A stretch of DNA of 64,000 nucleotides from Eimeria praecox (lineage: Eukaryota): positions 5,580,001 through 5,644,000 of the forward strand of contig OY986946.1 of NCBI GenBank assembly GCA_963920595.1, read 5' to 3'. Below are positions 37,201 to 55,109 of this stretch, piece by piece. The translations under genes and the position numbers were made by a program. The notes under the pieces are model-generated. The model was not told the DNA's origin, ran no database searches, and was given only the letters and a program-made list of their open reading frames with translations. Each line of letters opens with the position of its first letter. The first letter of the stretch is position 1.

Positions 37201-39047
37201 GGCTTCATGAGAACCTTCACAGTTACTCTGGAGCAGATACCCGCAACGATTACTGGTCAGCCAGCCAAGCAGCCGCTGGCGTTCCCTGTTTCTGTTGGCC
37301 TTATCGGCAGACGGAGCAAGACGGACGTCCTCAACCCACCCACTCAGGTGTGCATACACCTCAAACCCAAGCAAGATTGATATATCGAATGCTGCATGCT
37401 AGCAGCTCCATACGCATACGCCTCTCTACCCTCCTTAGATAGTAGCTCTTGTAGCTCGTGCTCGTTTATTCAGCTGTTTCTGTACGGTTTCGCTCTGTAG
37501 GAGAGTAGTTTTATTTCTGTTTGATTTTATATCTACTTGTTTTTTTGGGTTTGTTTGTTTGATTCTGCAGGTTGTGCTGATGACGCAGCGCACGCAGACA
37601 TTCCGCTTCAGCGGCGTCCGAGAAGATTGCGCGCCTTCGGTGCTTCGCGGGTTTTCTGCTCCCGCTGATCTGCTGTATGAGCAGTCTCTTGTTGATTTAT
37701 CCTTTTTAATGACTTACGATACGGATCCTGTAAACAGATGGAGAGCTGGTCAAGCGTATGCTAGAAAGATCATCGTATCGAGGGTGCCCTATGCTAGCAG
37801 AGGCTTGACGCTTCCTCCTCTAGATAAAGGTTTCCTTAAGGCCTTCGAGGCAGAACTGGTAGACTCAAAGACAGACAATGCCGTCAAGGTGAGAAACCAG
37901 TCCTAAACCCTAAACCCTAAACAACTCGCAGCAAACAACAGCTTTCCTTCTGGGTTTAGGGTCTTTCTTGTATATACGTATTTATCAATTTTTTTGTCCT
38001 GATGCTTTTCAGGCCCTCACTCTGCGTCTTCCTGATGCCCCCGAGCTCGGTCCCTATGCTAAGCTGATAGATCCTGAGGGAGTGCATGCGGCGCGTCGCT
38101 CAGTGCAGTTGGATTTGGTTGCGGCTCTCAAGACTACAATGCTTTCACAGTATAAGAGGTTGAGAGTCGGTGGCATTGAGTTGTTCGATCAGGAAAACAT
38201 AAGTAGAAGACGCCTGAGGAATGAACTCCTCGGCTATCTCTGCAGCACCAGAGATGCGGAGGCAGCGAAACTCGCCTATGACCACTACGTTGACGCCAGG
38301 TGTATGTCTGACAAGTACAGCGCTCTCCAGTGTCTGTCTCATATGCAAAGATCAGAGAGAGAAATGGCTTTCGACGCTTTCTATGAGGAAGCACAGGGTA
38401 AGAGCTAACACATAACTACCTGCAGCTCTTGGTGCTGCTTCTGCTGCAGTTTCTGCTGCAGTTTCTGCTGCCTATTTGCTGCTGTTGTTGCTGTGTGGTC
38501 TTGTCTTCAGGCAACCCTCAGTTGATGGACCAGTGGTTCCGCCTCCAGGCAGGGTCCGATTTGCCTGACCTGCTAGAGAGGGTGGAGTTGCTACTGCAAC
38601 ACCCTGAGTTTTCTTACGAGAACCCCGACAGATTCCGCGCTGTCTTTGGGGTTCTTGCAGAAATAAACGAGAAGCATTTCCATCGCAGTGATGGAAAGGG
38701 ATACAGGATGATGACTGAAGCGATCTTGAAGGTGTGTTGCTGCTGCTCCTGCTGCTGTTGTTGCTGTTGTTTTCTTCTTAATGGGCTGTTCCTCCCTTGT
38801 TCAAGGTTTTAGGGTTTATTTAGACTGTCCATTGTTGTGTGGTGTGTGTTGTTTGTTGATATGTTTGGCGCAGGTAGATAAATTTAACAGTAGCTTAGCA
38901 GCCTCTATAGCTAAGTACTTCAGCAGCTGGAGAGACTACACGGCGAACAGACAGAACCTGATGCGACAGCAACTCCGATTGATGAAGGCAGAGAATTTGT
39001 CTGCACCATTGAGAGAAGTTGTCTTGCGGTCGCTCGGGGAGTATTAA
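34253..39047 (+). CDS. M1-family zinc aminopeptidase N (PepN/PfA-M1-like) with predicted N-terminal signal peptide, about 13 exons
   Basis: Exons at about 34253-34316, 34535-34869, 35082-35441, 35579-35770, 35955-36196, 36341-36420, 36522-36759, 36862-37018, 37159-37347, 37571-37888, 38013-38397, 38511-38731 and 38874-39047. Motifs: [24 protein letters not shown]-x18-E ([25 protein letters not shown]), catalytic Tyr in VYWKG, and C-terminal [18 protein letters not shown]. Confidence 0.93.
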
Positions 39048-41142
39048 GTAGCTGTGTTTTTTGCTGCTGGTGTTTGCCTAATCGATATAATAAAAACACT
39101 ACTAATAGATAAACACACAAGCACTGTGTACACCAAACGCGAAAACGGCTTTGGTTTTCTTCTTGTCGATGTGCTATCAATGAAAGGCCTGATGCAGTTT
39201 TCCTATGTTTTAGAGAAATATATTTTGCGTCTATATGGTCTTTTTGTACTTGCTTGGATACTTGTAGCCATACGATATGTGCGAGCTGTTTAGTATTTAT
39301 TTATACGATATTGCAACACAGCTCGAGGCTGGCGCTATCTATGATCGTAGGCGCCTTTTTGTTGGTTTAAACCAAACAAATAATATTGATTTGACGGCAC
39401 TTGAGGTCGCAGGGATGAGGGGCTAGCTGAGCGAAGAAGTTCAGCGATTTCTGCGGTGTATGTATATACCTTGTATTTAGTATACGCCCTGTCTGTTTCA
39501 TTCTTTGGGGTTTTCTCTTTGGCCTGTTCGATTCGATTTAGATATTGGGAGATGATTGCCCCCATCGATTTAGCTATATGATTTATTTATTGATTTATTG
39601 ATTTATTTATTGATTTATTTATTGATTTATCGATTTATTTATTGATTTATTTATTTATTTATTTATTTGGAATATGCTTTTTATTAAACTCATAGACAAT
39701 TATTATTTATTATTAGCCTTTTTCTTCTTTTTGTCCCTTCATACATGTAGCGTCTTCGGGAAATTCAGGTAGAAATAGATATTTGAGTTCATAGTTATGA
39801 ATGGTTTGGTTTATTTAGTATTTAACATTTTGTAGAGAAATCGAGCTAGTACAAGTAGTAGTAGTAGAAAAGGTGTAGGTAACTCCCTATTCGTTAGTAG
39901 TCGTGTGTGTGTTAGTCTTGTATACTAATTTGAAGGAGAGAAAAGTAGAGAATATCTGAGCGTTCTTTCAAACCCCGTATTCAGGAGATCCCACCTCGTT
40001 AGATGTCTGCCGTTTCTGGCTGGTGACGCAGAAACTAGGAAAAGTACACAGAAGTTTGTAATTATCATTTGTAGGGAAGTAGAGTTTGAGGTGTACAGCC
40101 AATGCTGTTCAGGTTGTTAGCGTTCAACTTCTGAGAAGATAGAAGCTTTCGGTTTCTTAAGAGTTTTTATTTATGTTTATATCTTCACATATCACCACAC
40201 AATCAAATATTTCTTTGTTGAACATGGCACCACATGGCATTCGTTCAAAAGCTGGAAACACTATGAATCATGCATTGATAGCATCCTATGCGGCAGTTTC
40301 CTTCTTGGATTATGACTGAAAAGATGTAAAATGATTTAAAATGTATTAAAAATATATTTAAAATGATATTGATGATCGGTGAGTTTCGCTGCTCTTCCCC
40401 TCGTGTCGATCGATTTCATCGTGCAAATTCAGATTCTGCATCCCATGAGGAAAGAAGCAGGAGATGAAGATGATTCCAGTCGTTTCCAAAGTATTTTAAA
40501 TGTTTATTTTAATTGTATTTCAGAGTATAAAAACAATAACAACAGAAAACCATCAATTAAAACCTTTCCTCTGCAGCTAACCCCTCTCCGCCACCGACCT
40601 CCACTGCGCCTTTGGTGCGGCATCCGAGCAGCGACAACTTCTTCTAATTACTGTTCTTTTCACACATTTTATATTTTTAACATGTATATTATTGGTTTAT
40701 CTGGCTTTTCATGTTTATTTCGCCCCATAGAAGGGGAAACACCCTCATACAATCCCCCCAAGGAAGACGAGACCACTCAGCTGAGCCCCCAACAAGCTGT
40801 GTGAAAGTCTTGACAGCGATAGTGCGGTATTCTCATGATTTTTTTTGTATTTTGTTTGAAGTATTAATTATTTTTCTCCTAATATTCTCCAAATATTCTT
40901 ATAAGACAGCAGATTCCTCGAGATTTACCCCAGTTTCGGTCGCCCCAACCGCCCCCTGAGATACCTCATATTCTTGCAGATAGAATCGTCGTATCCTGAG
41001 CCCTTTCTTCAATTATTCATGCATTTTTATCTGTTTTTTGTTTGTATATATAATAAAAATACACTTTCTATTTTTTTGTAAACCAAATTCTCCTATTTTC
41101 TCCCTCATATCCCCATATTTTCGCCGCGTTATTGCAAGAACG

Positions 41143-42693
41143 ATGCCGATGAGATATCGCCGCAGGACGCGCTCTCCCCCATGGTCTGAAGAGAAGCTAG
41201 CAGCAGTAGAGAAAGAAAGTTTACAATTAAAACAGCAGAAAGAAGAATGGCTTAATCGTTTATCTCCTGAAGAAATGTTAGCTCGTATTCGTTCACGAGG
41301 GAAACCCAAGAAATTATTGAATAAGAGTGTTACTGTATCGGATGCAATTCAAGAAAATATAAGAGTAAGTCCTCGTTGTTTATCTTCTTCTACTAAATCT
41401 ATTGAGGTTTCTACTACTACTAACTCTGAGGCCTCTCACTATCCTAAACCTGAAGTAGGTGTTTTTCATCGTAATGATATGCTATCAGCGAAACATACAA
41501 TGAGGTGTTTAGGGACCGCATTAAATCAAAAACATCTTCAACATAAAGAAATAATATATTTATTTCGAAGAAGAAAATCATATTTATCTTTAAGAAATAC
41601 TATTTTAAGATTATCTTCTTCATCTTTACAAAAATTAGCTGCCATAAGATGTTGGGGTAGAGTCCCAAATATATTAATATATAAAGAAGATAAAGATTTA
41701 ATATCTTTAGAAGATATATGTTATATATGGCCAACACCATTTTATGATTTATCGTGTCAGTGGGATGAGGTGTATATACAAGAATTTCCTGAAGTTACAA
41801 ATAAAAATTTGTGGGGGACTGACGCTTGGTTTAATTTCTATACACCATATTCCCAAGATTTTATGGCGTCTCCTTCTTTATATATACAGAAAATATTAAA
41901 ATGGAAAGTACAACATAATTATATAAGAAATATACAAACAACTAATAATATAGCCAAAGATATACATGCAGCACTAAGAGCACTTGGTGTTGAGCCTCCT
42001 ATTACTATAAAACATCCGCGTCCTGCTTCTCTTCCTCTCTCTCCCCCCTCCTCTCAACAAGAACAACAAGAACAACAACAGCAGCAGCAGCAGAAACAGC
42101 AGCAGAAACAGCAGCAGAAACAGCAGCAGAAACAGCAGCAGCAACAGCAGCAGAAACAGCAGCAGAAACAGCAGCAGAAACAGCAGCAGCAACAGCAGCA
42201 CATTGTTGTTAACAAAGGCTCTACTAAACAGCATAAAAAACACAAGAAACCGGCAGTACAACAGCAGCATGTATCTCTTCTAGCAAACACATTCTCACCA
42301 ACAACTCTAAATCTACAAACGAGGTGTACATACACCTCAACTCCACACACCAACATAAATAAACATAGAACATCTGAAGCATCTTTCTCTACTTGTGTCT
42401 GTGAAGAAGCTACAGACTGGCGTAAATATATAAAAGAAGGAAGAGGAGGCCCTATCCTGGGGCCTGGAAGAACCCTATACCCCCCCTGCTTCTCTACAGG
42501 CAGGGGGGGCGGCGGTCCTCTGTCCCCCATATCTATAGAAGATAGTAACAGCGAGTTGTCTTCTTCTTCTTCTAGAGATAATAATAATAATGAAGAAGAA
42601 GAAGATGATGATGATGATGATGAGGGATTCTGGGATACAAGTAGACCCTATTGTTTACCTATGAAGGAGGCTTCTTATGAAACAATATGTTAA
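41143..42693 (+). CDS. Hypothetical protein, single exon, about 516 aa, no recognised domain
   Basis: A 1.55-kb open frame in AT-rich sequence, where stops would otherwise be frequent. Non-repetitive core ([16 protein letters not shown]...[13 protein letters not shown]), plus QQQK repeats and an acidic tail. Confidence 0.6.
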   Translation: MPMRYRRRTRSPPWSEEKLAAVEKESLQLKQQKEEWLNRLSPEEMLARIRSRGKPKKLLNKSVTVSDAIQENIRVSPRCLSSSTKSIEVSTTTNSEASHYPKPEVGVFHRNDMLSAKHTMRCLGTALNQKHLQHKEIIYLFRRRKSYLSLRNTILRLSSSSLQKLAAIRCWGRVPNILIYKEDKDLISLEDICYIWPTPFYDLSCQWDEVYIQEFPEVTNKNLWGTDAWFNFYTPYSQDFMASPSLYIQKILKWKVQHNYIRNIQTTNNIAKDIHAALRALGVEPPITIKHPRPASLPLSPPSSQQEQQEQQQQQQQKQQQKQQQKQQQKQQQQQQQKQQQKQQQKQQQQQQHIVVNKGSTKQHKKHKKPAVQQQHVSLLANTFSPTTLNLQTRCTYTSTPHTNINKHRTSEASFSTCVCEEATDWRKYIKEGRGGPILGPGRTLYPPCFSTGRGGGGPLSPISIEDSNSELSSSSSRDNNNNEEEEDDDDDDEGFWDTSRPYCLPMKEASYETIC

Positions 42694-42699
42694 TATTAT

Positions 42700-42973
<274 letters not shown>

Positions 42974-43182
42974 TGTATATAGTTTATGTTGACGCCTCGT
43001 CATAGACACGCACACACACACTCACCGAACTCAGCCCCCCTCAAGTATAAGGCTATCAGCCTCTTCCTTATTGTGTTTACCTATGTATATCTTGCAGCAA
43101 TTAGAGTCAGTTCACAAACTATTTACTCGATAAAAACTACAAAAACAACAGCAAAAGCAACGGGAGTGCTGTTGCTGCTGCT

Positions 43183-43230
<48 letters not shown>

Positions 43231-44563
43231 CCCCTGGCGGTTGTCCTGCTGGTCTACTGTGGGGCCCTCAACAGGAAGGGGGGCGGTCATGTGTTGTTTG
43301 TATGTAAATTTGACTATATTTTAATTAAATTTCTTTTAAATAATAAAATATTTAATAAAATAAATATAAAAATAATATTTTTAGGGTTTTTTGTAAATAG
43401 TTTCAAAGAACAAGCAACACAGCCGCTGGTCCGGTGACTCGTTTGTGTGTTTGTGTGCAACGAGCAGGAGGATGGTCTGCGGGTGTCTTTTTTTGTGTTT
43501 TTATTGTGTAAATAATTAATTTGTTGAATTAATTGAATAAATGAAAGTAAATAAACTCAAAAAATATTAAAAATATCTCAGAAATACCTGCAATTGAAAG
43601 AAGCAACACCTACGCACACGCCGCACCCTCTCAGGCTCTGTGTCGCCCCACATAGAGTAGGGGTTATGAAGTTTTTTTCTGTTTATTTTGTTGCTTTTTT
43701 CTTTAAAATATATTTGAGGGTTTTGTTTATACTTAATTTGTTTTTGTTTTAGTTTTTTTTCTCTCTTTTACGCTCTTGAATATACTCCTCTTCTTCTGAG
43801 GCTTCTTCCTCTTCTCTTATATCATCATCAAGTAGCTAGCTAGAGGACCGTCAATATATACAATATCTTCTTTTCTTCTGTTTTTCTTTCTTTCTATATA
43901 TTATTTTATTTAATTGTTTTATTATTTTATTTAATATAAGTTTTGAGGCTGATATTAAAGAAGAGAATCTGAAGCCAACCCCCATACAACAATATCTTTG
44001 TAAGGCAGTGGTAGCTTAGTATCGTTTTGTTTGTTTCTACTCTGCTTCATCTATTATCTATCTTTATTATGTCTTATTTTCTATTTTTATTTAATTATTT
44101 TATCTATTTAACACTAACTTAGTGAATCTATTCATGTTAATTTCTTTGAATTTCATATATTTAATATATTTTATATATTTTATATATTTGGGTTGTATCG
44201 ACAGATAGAGTAGAACAACAGTCCTCCGACATTTGTCTGCTGTGTATATTTATATTTGTTGCGGTGTATATACACGAATGTATGTATAATTTTATGATTT
44301 ATTATTTGTTGTTTTCCTACAGAAACATCAACAACAACATCATCAACAACAAAACAACAACAACAGCAACAGCAACAACAACAGCAACGACAAACAACAA
44401 CAGCAACAACAACAGCAACAACAACAGCAACAACAACAGCAACAACAACAGCAACAACAACAGCAGCAACAACAGCACCAGCAGCAGCAGCGGCAGCACC
44501 AGCAGGAGCACCATCATCATCCTACTACCATTTCTCTTTCTTCTGTCTCCCGATTACTTGAAG

Positions 44564-44937
44564 ATGTTTTGTTGCTGTTCTCTATCTCCCCCTCCTTCTC
44601 ATGGCATCCGCCCTGTATCTCGAGGGCCTTCAGGTTTATGTGATGCGTTCAAACTATCTCCTCCCGATCTACCTTTGTATGTATTAGGTAATCCTAAGCT
44701 TTGGTGCTTCGTAGGAAGCAGAGATATGCCTGTCTCTTGTTATACGTGGGAGGCAGATAAACCTAAAGCTGTTATATTGCTGCTGCAGGGGCCCCACAGT
44801 TCTTGCTTGCAGCAGTGGCTCGCCCGAAGAAACAACCCTACAAACAAACCCTCTCACACAGCAGCAGCAGCAGCAGCAGCAGAAGCAGAAGCAGCAGCAG
44901 CACAAGCAGAAGATGCTGCTGATGCACTCCCCCAGCT

Positions 44938-44968
<31 letters not shown>

Positions 44969-46662
44969 GAAGGAGATGAGGTGTGGGGTGAGGAGGAGGA
45001 AGTGCGCCCATCATTATTATGTTGCAGACCCTTGACGTCTTCTCACAAGACAGCAGCAGCAGCAGAAGCAGAAGCAGCAGCAGCAGCAGCAGCAGGAGGA
45101 GCAATATCTCCCCTGTCTTCTCTTCTTTCTAAGGACGACGGAAGTCTGCTGCTGCTGCAGCAGCAGCAGCAGCAGCAGATAGAAGCTGACGCCCCCACAC
45201 TTTCTTCTCTCAAGCCAAGTAGCTATCTCTTATCATCAGAATTTAGTATGGAGGATATGAAGGGGCTACAGCCACCGAAAGCAGCAGCAGCAGCAGCACA
45301 ACGAGCAGCAGCAGCAGCAGCAGCAGCACAACGAGCAACAGCAGCAGCAGCAGCAGCAGCAGCAAATAAAGAAGAGGAGAGAGCCCCCACAACTCTATCA
45401 GCTTCATACAAAGATGAAGAGACAGCCGCTGGCCCCGCTCTTAGTTATAGCGGATCGTGGGTAGAGAGATTTGTATTGGAGGGTTATACAGTAGTAGCAA
45501 TGGACGTACAAGGCTATGGCATTCAGACCTGCTGCTGCAGCTGCAGCAGCACCAGCTGCAGCAGCAGCAGCAGCAGGGGAGGGGGTCTGTCGTCGTTGTG
45601 TGTGTCTCTAAGCTTCGAAGATATAGCAGCAGATGCCTGCACGTTGCTGCAGTCAATAGCGAACGAAACATCTCTCCCTGTATTTATTTGTGGGGAAGAC
45701 ATAGGAGCGACGCTGGCTTTGAGAGCAGCAGAGAGACTATCGAGAGAGGCCTTGCTAGGACGACCAGCACCATCTGCTGCTGCTGCGAAGCCTGCTGCTG
45801 CTGCTGCAGCAGCTGCTGCTGCTGGTGCAGCAGCAGCAGTAGCAGCAGGTAATGCTGCTGCGAAGGCTGAAGAACAGGAACAGGACAAACAGCAGCAGCA
45901 ACAGCAGCAACAGCAGCAGCAGCAGCAGCAGAAGCAGCAGCAGCAGAAGCAGCATCAACTCCTCCTCATAGATACAGTAGACAAGACGACGACAGCCTCA
46001 ACAGCTACCTCTCATCGTGGCTCTGTAGACGGCAGAGCTGCTGCTGCTCCTGCTGCTGCTGCAGCAGCAGCAGCAACTGCTGTTGCTGCTGCTGTTGGTT
46101 GTGCTTTGGAAGCAGTAAAAGAAGAAGAAGAGGAAGCATATGAGATAGGGGGAGAGACAGCAGCAGCAGCAGCAGCAGCAGAGATAGGTGCAGCACATCG
46201 TGTAGTGCGACAGAAGCCTGTGCCCTTAGCAGGTTTAGTGCTTCTGTCTCCTCTACTAGAAATAGAAGAAGAAGATATATGTTGTAGGACATACACACCG
46301 CCGCCTCTTGTAGATAAAATTAAGAGCTGGATAGCTTGGCCTTGGGGGGGTGCTGCAGCAGATACAGCAGCAGCAGATACAGCAGCAGCAGCAGCAGCAG
46401 TAGACCGTCGGAGCGGTGTTTTGGTACAGCAGAAACCCCACAACAGCAGCAGCAGCGGCTGGTGCAGCAGCAGCAGCAGCTGCAGCAGCAGCTGCTACTG
46501 CAGCAGCAGCAGGACTGCTGATCTTATACGAGGGCTTGAAGCTACACAGCAAGATGTGTTGTGGCTGAGGCGCCCCATCCTTAAAGATTCGCGCGAGCCC
46601 TTCAGTATTAGAGACTGGTGTAGGCTGCTGCATAGAAAGAGGGCTGAGCAGGCGTTGCTGCT

Positions 46663-46702
<40 letters not shown>

Positions 46703-48199
46703 CTGCAGCAGCAGGAGCTGCAGCAGGAGGTGGTAGGGACGATAGGTGAAACTGGGGATAGGGATGAGAAGCAGCAACAGCAGCAGCAGCAACAACAAGA
46801 ACAGCAGCAGCAGCAGCATTTGTCTGTGTTAGTGCTGCAATCTCTTGATGCTGCTGCTGCTACCTCTCTCTTATCTGTTCGGCTCTTCGAGGAATTGGGG
46901 GGGAGAGTGAAGCTGCCTGAGCCTTTGGCTTCAATCCATAGAGAAGAACGGCTTAAAGAGAAGGAGGCTAGAAGGCAGGCTGCTGCTGCTGCTGCAGCAG
47001 CAGCAGCAACAGCTGCTGCTGCTGCTGCTGGTAGAGACGATGTAGAAAATGCTGTAGGAGAGGTAAGAGAAGAAAAAGAAGAAGAAGATGATGATGTTGG
47101 AGACAGAGAGCAAACAAATAAAGGATTTGAGGCTGAGCTGTTATCTCTTGCTGCTTCATCTTTACAAACAGCAGCAACAACAGCAGCAGCAGCAGCAAGA
47201 ACAGCAGATATGGCTGCAGCAGCAGCAACAAGAACAGCAGCACAAGATAGAATTGATGAGGTGTATACAGCCAACGAAGCAGCACAGAAGACACTAGAGA
47301 AGACACATACACTCGAACGACTTGCTAGTAATGCTAGCAGCAGAATAGAAGAAGAACAGAAAAGCCTTGCAGATAAATTTAGAGAGCTGGCTTCCCCTTC
47401 TGCTGCTGCTGCTGCTGCTGCTTCTGCTGCTGCAACAGCTGCTGCTGCTGCTGCTTCAGAAGAAGAAGATGTAGGTGAAGATGTACAAGAGCAAGAGAAG
47501 ACAGCGGAAGAAGCGGAGAAGGACGAGGAAGACAAAGAAGAAATGCTGCAGCAGGAAGAAGAGGCCGCATCTGCAGCAGCAGCAGCAGGGGGAAGCAGTA
47601 GCTGCTGCTGCGGTGGTGCTGCAGCTGTAGGAAGCAACGATGCGACAGCTAAGAGAAGTAACAAGAACAGAAGAAAGAAGAATAAGAACAGCAGCAACAG
47701 CAGCAGCCTCTTCTTTGGTTGCTGCAGCAACCAGCAGCAGCAGCAGCAAGAGACACAAGGTGGTGCTGCTGCAGGTCTTTACATGAAGAGAAAGAAATGG
47801 AGGAGGATACCTGGGATGGTAGTAGATGAAGATGGCTGTACAGTAGAAGTAGAAAATGTAAATGAATTGATTGAAGAGGTAAGAAGGAGTGGCTTTGAGC
47901 CTCTCCCTGAGGTGTATAGACACGAAGATAGTAGCGAAGAAGAAGAAGAAGAAGAAGAAGATAATAATGATGATAATGTGCATATAGATAAAGAAGAACA
48001 AATACAACAAGAGAAAGAAAATAATAAAGTTTTCTCTTGTATTCAAAATTCATTAGAAGAGGGAAGGCTACAACTTTGGCTGCTGCGAGGAGGCGATGGT
48101 GTGATGATGACGAGAGAGAAGGAGAGTGAGGAGCTACAAAATAATATTATTTATAAATTCTTACAACCTGCAATTAATAGAATTGATATTTCTTCATAA
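44564..48199 (+). CDS. Lysophospholipase-like alpha/beta hydrolase (PST-A/Hydrolase_4 type) with degenerate active site, copy 1
   Basis: Single-exon ORF. YTWEADKPKAVILLLQG, YSGSWVERFVLEGYTVVAMDVQGYG, SFEDIAADA, LPVFICGEDIGATLALR, LAGLVLLSP and VLVLQSLD occur in the canonical order, separated by poly-A/Q/E inserts. Confidence 0.75.
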
Positions 48200-48982
48200 A
48201 ATCAAAAAAGAATGGCGGATTAGATTTGTATTTTCTTCTTCTTTTCTTCTTTTCTTCTCTCGATGATGATGATGAGGTTCGATGTTGGCAGCGAAGTTGC
48301 ACGGGAAACCGAGCTGATCTTCTAATTTGCATGCGATAAAATAAATAGTTGAATTATATTATATTATCCTTAATTCAAATCGAAAAGAAAAACAAGAAAA
48401 AGAAGAAAAATATATAAACATAAAAAGAAGAGAATGACGAGTTCAGATTCAGATTTTCTCTTCTCTTCTTGTTGAACATTCAACTGCGGCAGTGTGTGTT
48501 GAGGTGTATATATATCGGCGGTGTTTTTTCTTCTTTATTAGAATTATTTTAATAATTATTATTTATTTATTTATTATTATTATTAATAATAAATAAATGA
48601 AGTAGTTGATTGATTTCATTCAAAATAATTGGTTTGATGAAGAAAAACAACTGTGTTGTTTCTGGGCTTTCGGGTGTATGGGCAGCTGCTAGAAGAAGAA
48701 AGCTGAAGAAACCATATAAATTTATGAATTGTTTTTATTTTCGAATTCTTTTTATGAATTAAATAGTAAATACACCGCAAATAATCTGAAAATAAACAAT
48801 AAATATCCTCTAAATATGCATATAGCCACTACTTTCTTGTACGTACAGCGTGATAGATATCGTGCAGTCTGTTCTGAAATGCAAGAGTATGAAGCTTTCA
48901 TACATATTCAAATACATGTATTATGCCTGTGTGTGTCTCATGTTTGTGTCCTATACCGTATATATATTATATCTATATCTCT

Positions 48983-49064
<82 letters not shown>

Positions 49065-49777
49065 AGTATATAGCAGCTATACATACACCCCCGCCCAAAC
49101 AAACAGACAACAATGAAATAGAAGTAGTATGTAGAGAAGAATAGAAGCTTTGTTTATCTTCTTTTCTTCTCTCTCTTCTTCTCTTCTCTCTCTTCTTCTT
49201 TCTTCTTTTATTTTCTATCCATGGGCGACATTGAATTCGTTTTCTTGATTGTTTCTTCCTTTGTAACCTCCGCTGCAAAGTATCTAACCCCGTTGTTATA
49301 TCTTTATTTTATTATTACGTATTATTATTTATTATTATTAATATTATTAATTATTAATATTTATTTATTAACAGCTACCCTCCCCTTCCCCTTTAGAATC
49401 TATCTCCCCTTTATCTACACAGTCTTAGTTATAAACAACTCAGATATATTCTAGCTGCTCTACCTGCCTCTGCTCTGCTGCTGCGGAGCCGCACGTGCTG
49501 CAGCAAATACGCAGCTATACTTACACTCGAGAGGGCCTTTCGACTCTTCCTGTAGACATCTATATCTATATAGATATATCTATAGATATATCCATATATC
49601 TGTATATCTATATCGGTATATCTGTATCTATATATCTGTATATCCGTATCTCTATCTCTATATCTCTATATCTATCTATCTATATCTCTATCTATCTATA
49701 TCTCTATCTATCTATGTCTAGATCTATCTAAACCTACCTATATCGGTATCTTTCTATATGTGTATCTATCTCTATTC

Positions 49778-49846
<69 letters not shown>

Positions 49847-50231
49847 GCTTCGTCTTTCCTTGTAACGAAGGCACAAATAAAAGAGAATGTTCCCAGGGCC
49901 ACTCGTTCGGGTGTATGCACATACACCGCAAGAAGGGCCTCTTCTACATTCACAGCGCTCATACAAACTGTGTGGCACCACACAGGCAGTACTGATGGGG
50001 CTTCTACTTGCATGCATGCATGCATGCATGCATGCAACAGTTGGGGCTGACTGGGGCTGTGGGGAATGAGAGTGGGCCGCCGGGGGCCCCCCCCGCCTGT
50101 TGAGGTGTACGTACAACTATCTATCGTCTACCTTGCTCTGCTGAAGCTGAAGGGGATATACAATATAAAATACTAAAACCCCTCAAACGCTTCAAGGCAA
50201 GGGAAGCCATATAAGAAGAAACAAGCAGAAG

Positions 50232-50263
<32 letters not shown>

Positions 50264-50514
50264 AACAGGAGAGACCAAGCAGCAGTAGCAGCAACAGCAG
50301 CGGCATTGAATCAAGCGAAGAAGAACAATTCCGATATGATGGCTGCTGCTGCTGCTGCTGCAGCAGCAGCAGCTTTTCCTGTTGCTGCTGCTGCAGTCAT
50401 CCTCGTGTAGCTGCTTCTTCAGTCCTTTCCGCTGCTGCTGCCGCTGCTGCTCCTTCAGCACCGCCTCCGCAGCAACAACAACAACAACAGCAGCAGCAGC
50501 AGCAACAGCAGCAC

Positions 50515-53941
<3,427 letters not shown>

Positions 53942-54301
53942 CTTCAGAAGCAGCAGCAGCAGCAGCAGCAAGACAGGCTCTGCTTTGCTTTGCAGCAGCA
54001 GCAGAAGCAGAAGCAGAAGCAACAGCAGCAGAAGCTGCAGCAGATGGGTTAAGACCTCAAACAACCTGAGGCGTTCTTATCTTCTTGCTGCTGCTACTGC
54101 TGGCAGCAGCTGCTGCAGCTGCTGCTGCTGCTGCTGCTGCTGTTGCAGCAGCAAATACCCAAGAGCAGCACGCGAGCCTTCTTGTCTGACTTAAGAAGAA
54201 TGTGCTTGAAAGGGCCTATCTAGGGTGTTTCTTCTCTATAAACAACTAGCTTTCAGGTGTACGTACACCTCCAGCGTGCTTGCTGCTGAGACTCGGCGGC
54301 T

Positions 54302-54336
<35 letters not shown>

Positions 54337-54463
54337 GCAGCAGAGGGCTAGAGATCTTTACGTCCTGTTCTGTCGTTTCAGGGGACGTTTTGTAGGATAA
54401 TATGTAGAAAGCTAAACAAAAAAACATACAATATAACCTGAAATGCGGTGTACGTACAGCTGC

Positions 54464-54525
<62 letters not shown>

Positions 54526-54896
54526 TAGGAGTGTAGTGTACTAGAGTCTGTCTCTCATAGCTTCATTTGTATATCTTTGCGTTGTATTTTTATTTATTTT
54601 TTTAGATAGAATTAAATATATTTGTTTATTTTATTATATTAATGTAGAATATCGTATTAGAATATACAACATATCTCTACGATGGCGGTGTATGCCTGCG
54701 GTGTACCTTGAGCTCTACTTACTGTCGTCGCCTCTTCTTGTTTGTTTTAATATTTATTTTTTTTTATTTAAAAAATATAATTAAATAAATAATTGTAAAT
54801 GTTTTATTGTATTTATTATTATTTATATATATTATTTGAAACTGCTATCCTCGCAGCATCCCTCATCCCCACGCCAGGAGCCAACAGACGTAGCTA

Positions 54897-54936
<40 letters not shown>

Positions 54937-55109
54937 TTCTCTTTCAGATAATAACTGTCAATATTATTAAATATATTAAATTAAATCTTTTAATATTAAT
55001 TGTTTCAAATATATTTATACTATATATTTATATCTTCTCATATACCTACCCCCATCAAACACACACCTACTACTCTAACCGTAGGTAGGTAGGCTTAGTA
55101 CTCGCTTAG

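Noticed and set aside
39300..41030. Short ORFs (40379-40804, 40711-40959) or a hidden RNA gene in repeat-poor DNA
   Set aside because: No recognisable motifs, spliceable exon chain, or tRNA/rRNA/snRNA structure that I can support.
44264..44563. N-terminal 100-aa extension of the 1311-aa ORF
   Set aside because: Starts at GTG and runs through an AAC/AGC microsatellite; the first plausible start is AAGATG at 44564.
46495..47730. 411-aa antisense ORF (and its copy at 59520-60758)
   Set aside because: Shadow frame of CAG/GAA-rich coding sequence on the opposite strand; no independent features.
53942..54440. Possible upstream exons giving the HERP-like gene a ubiquitin-like domain
   Set aside because: I could not build a phase-consistent exon chain with a convincing UBL sequence.
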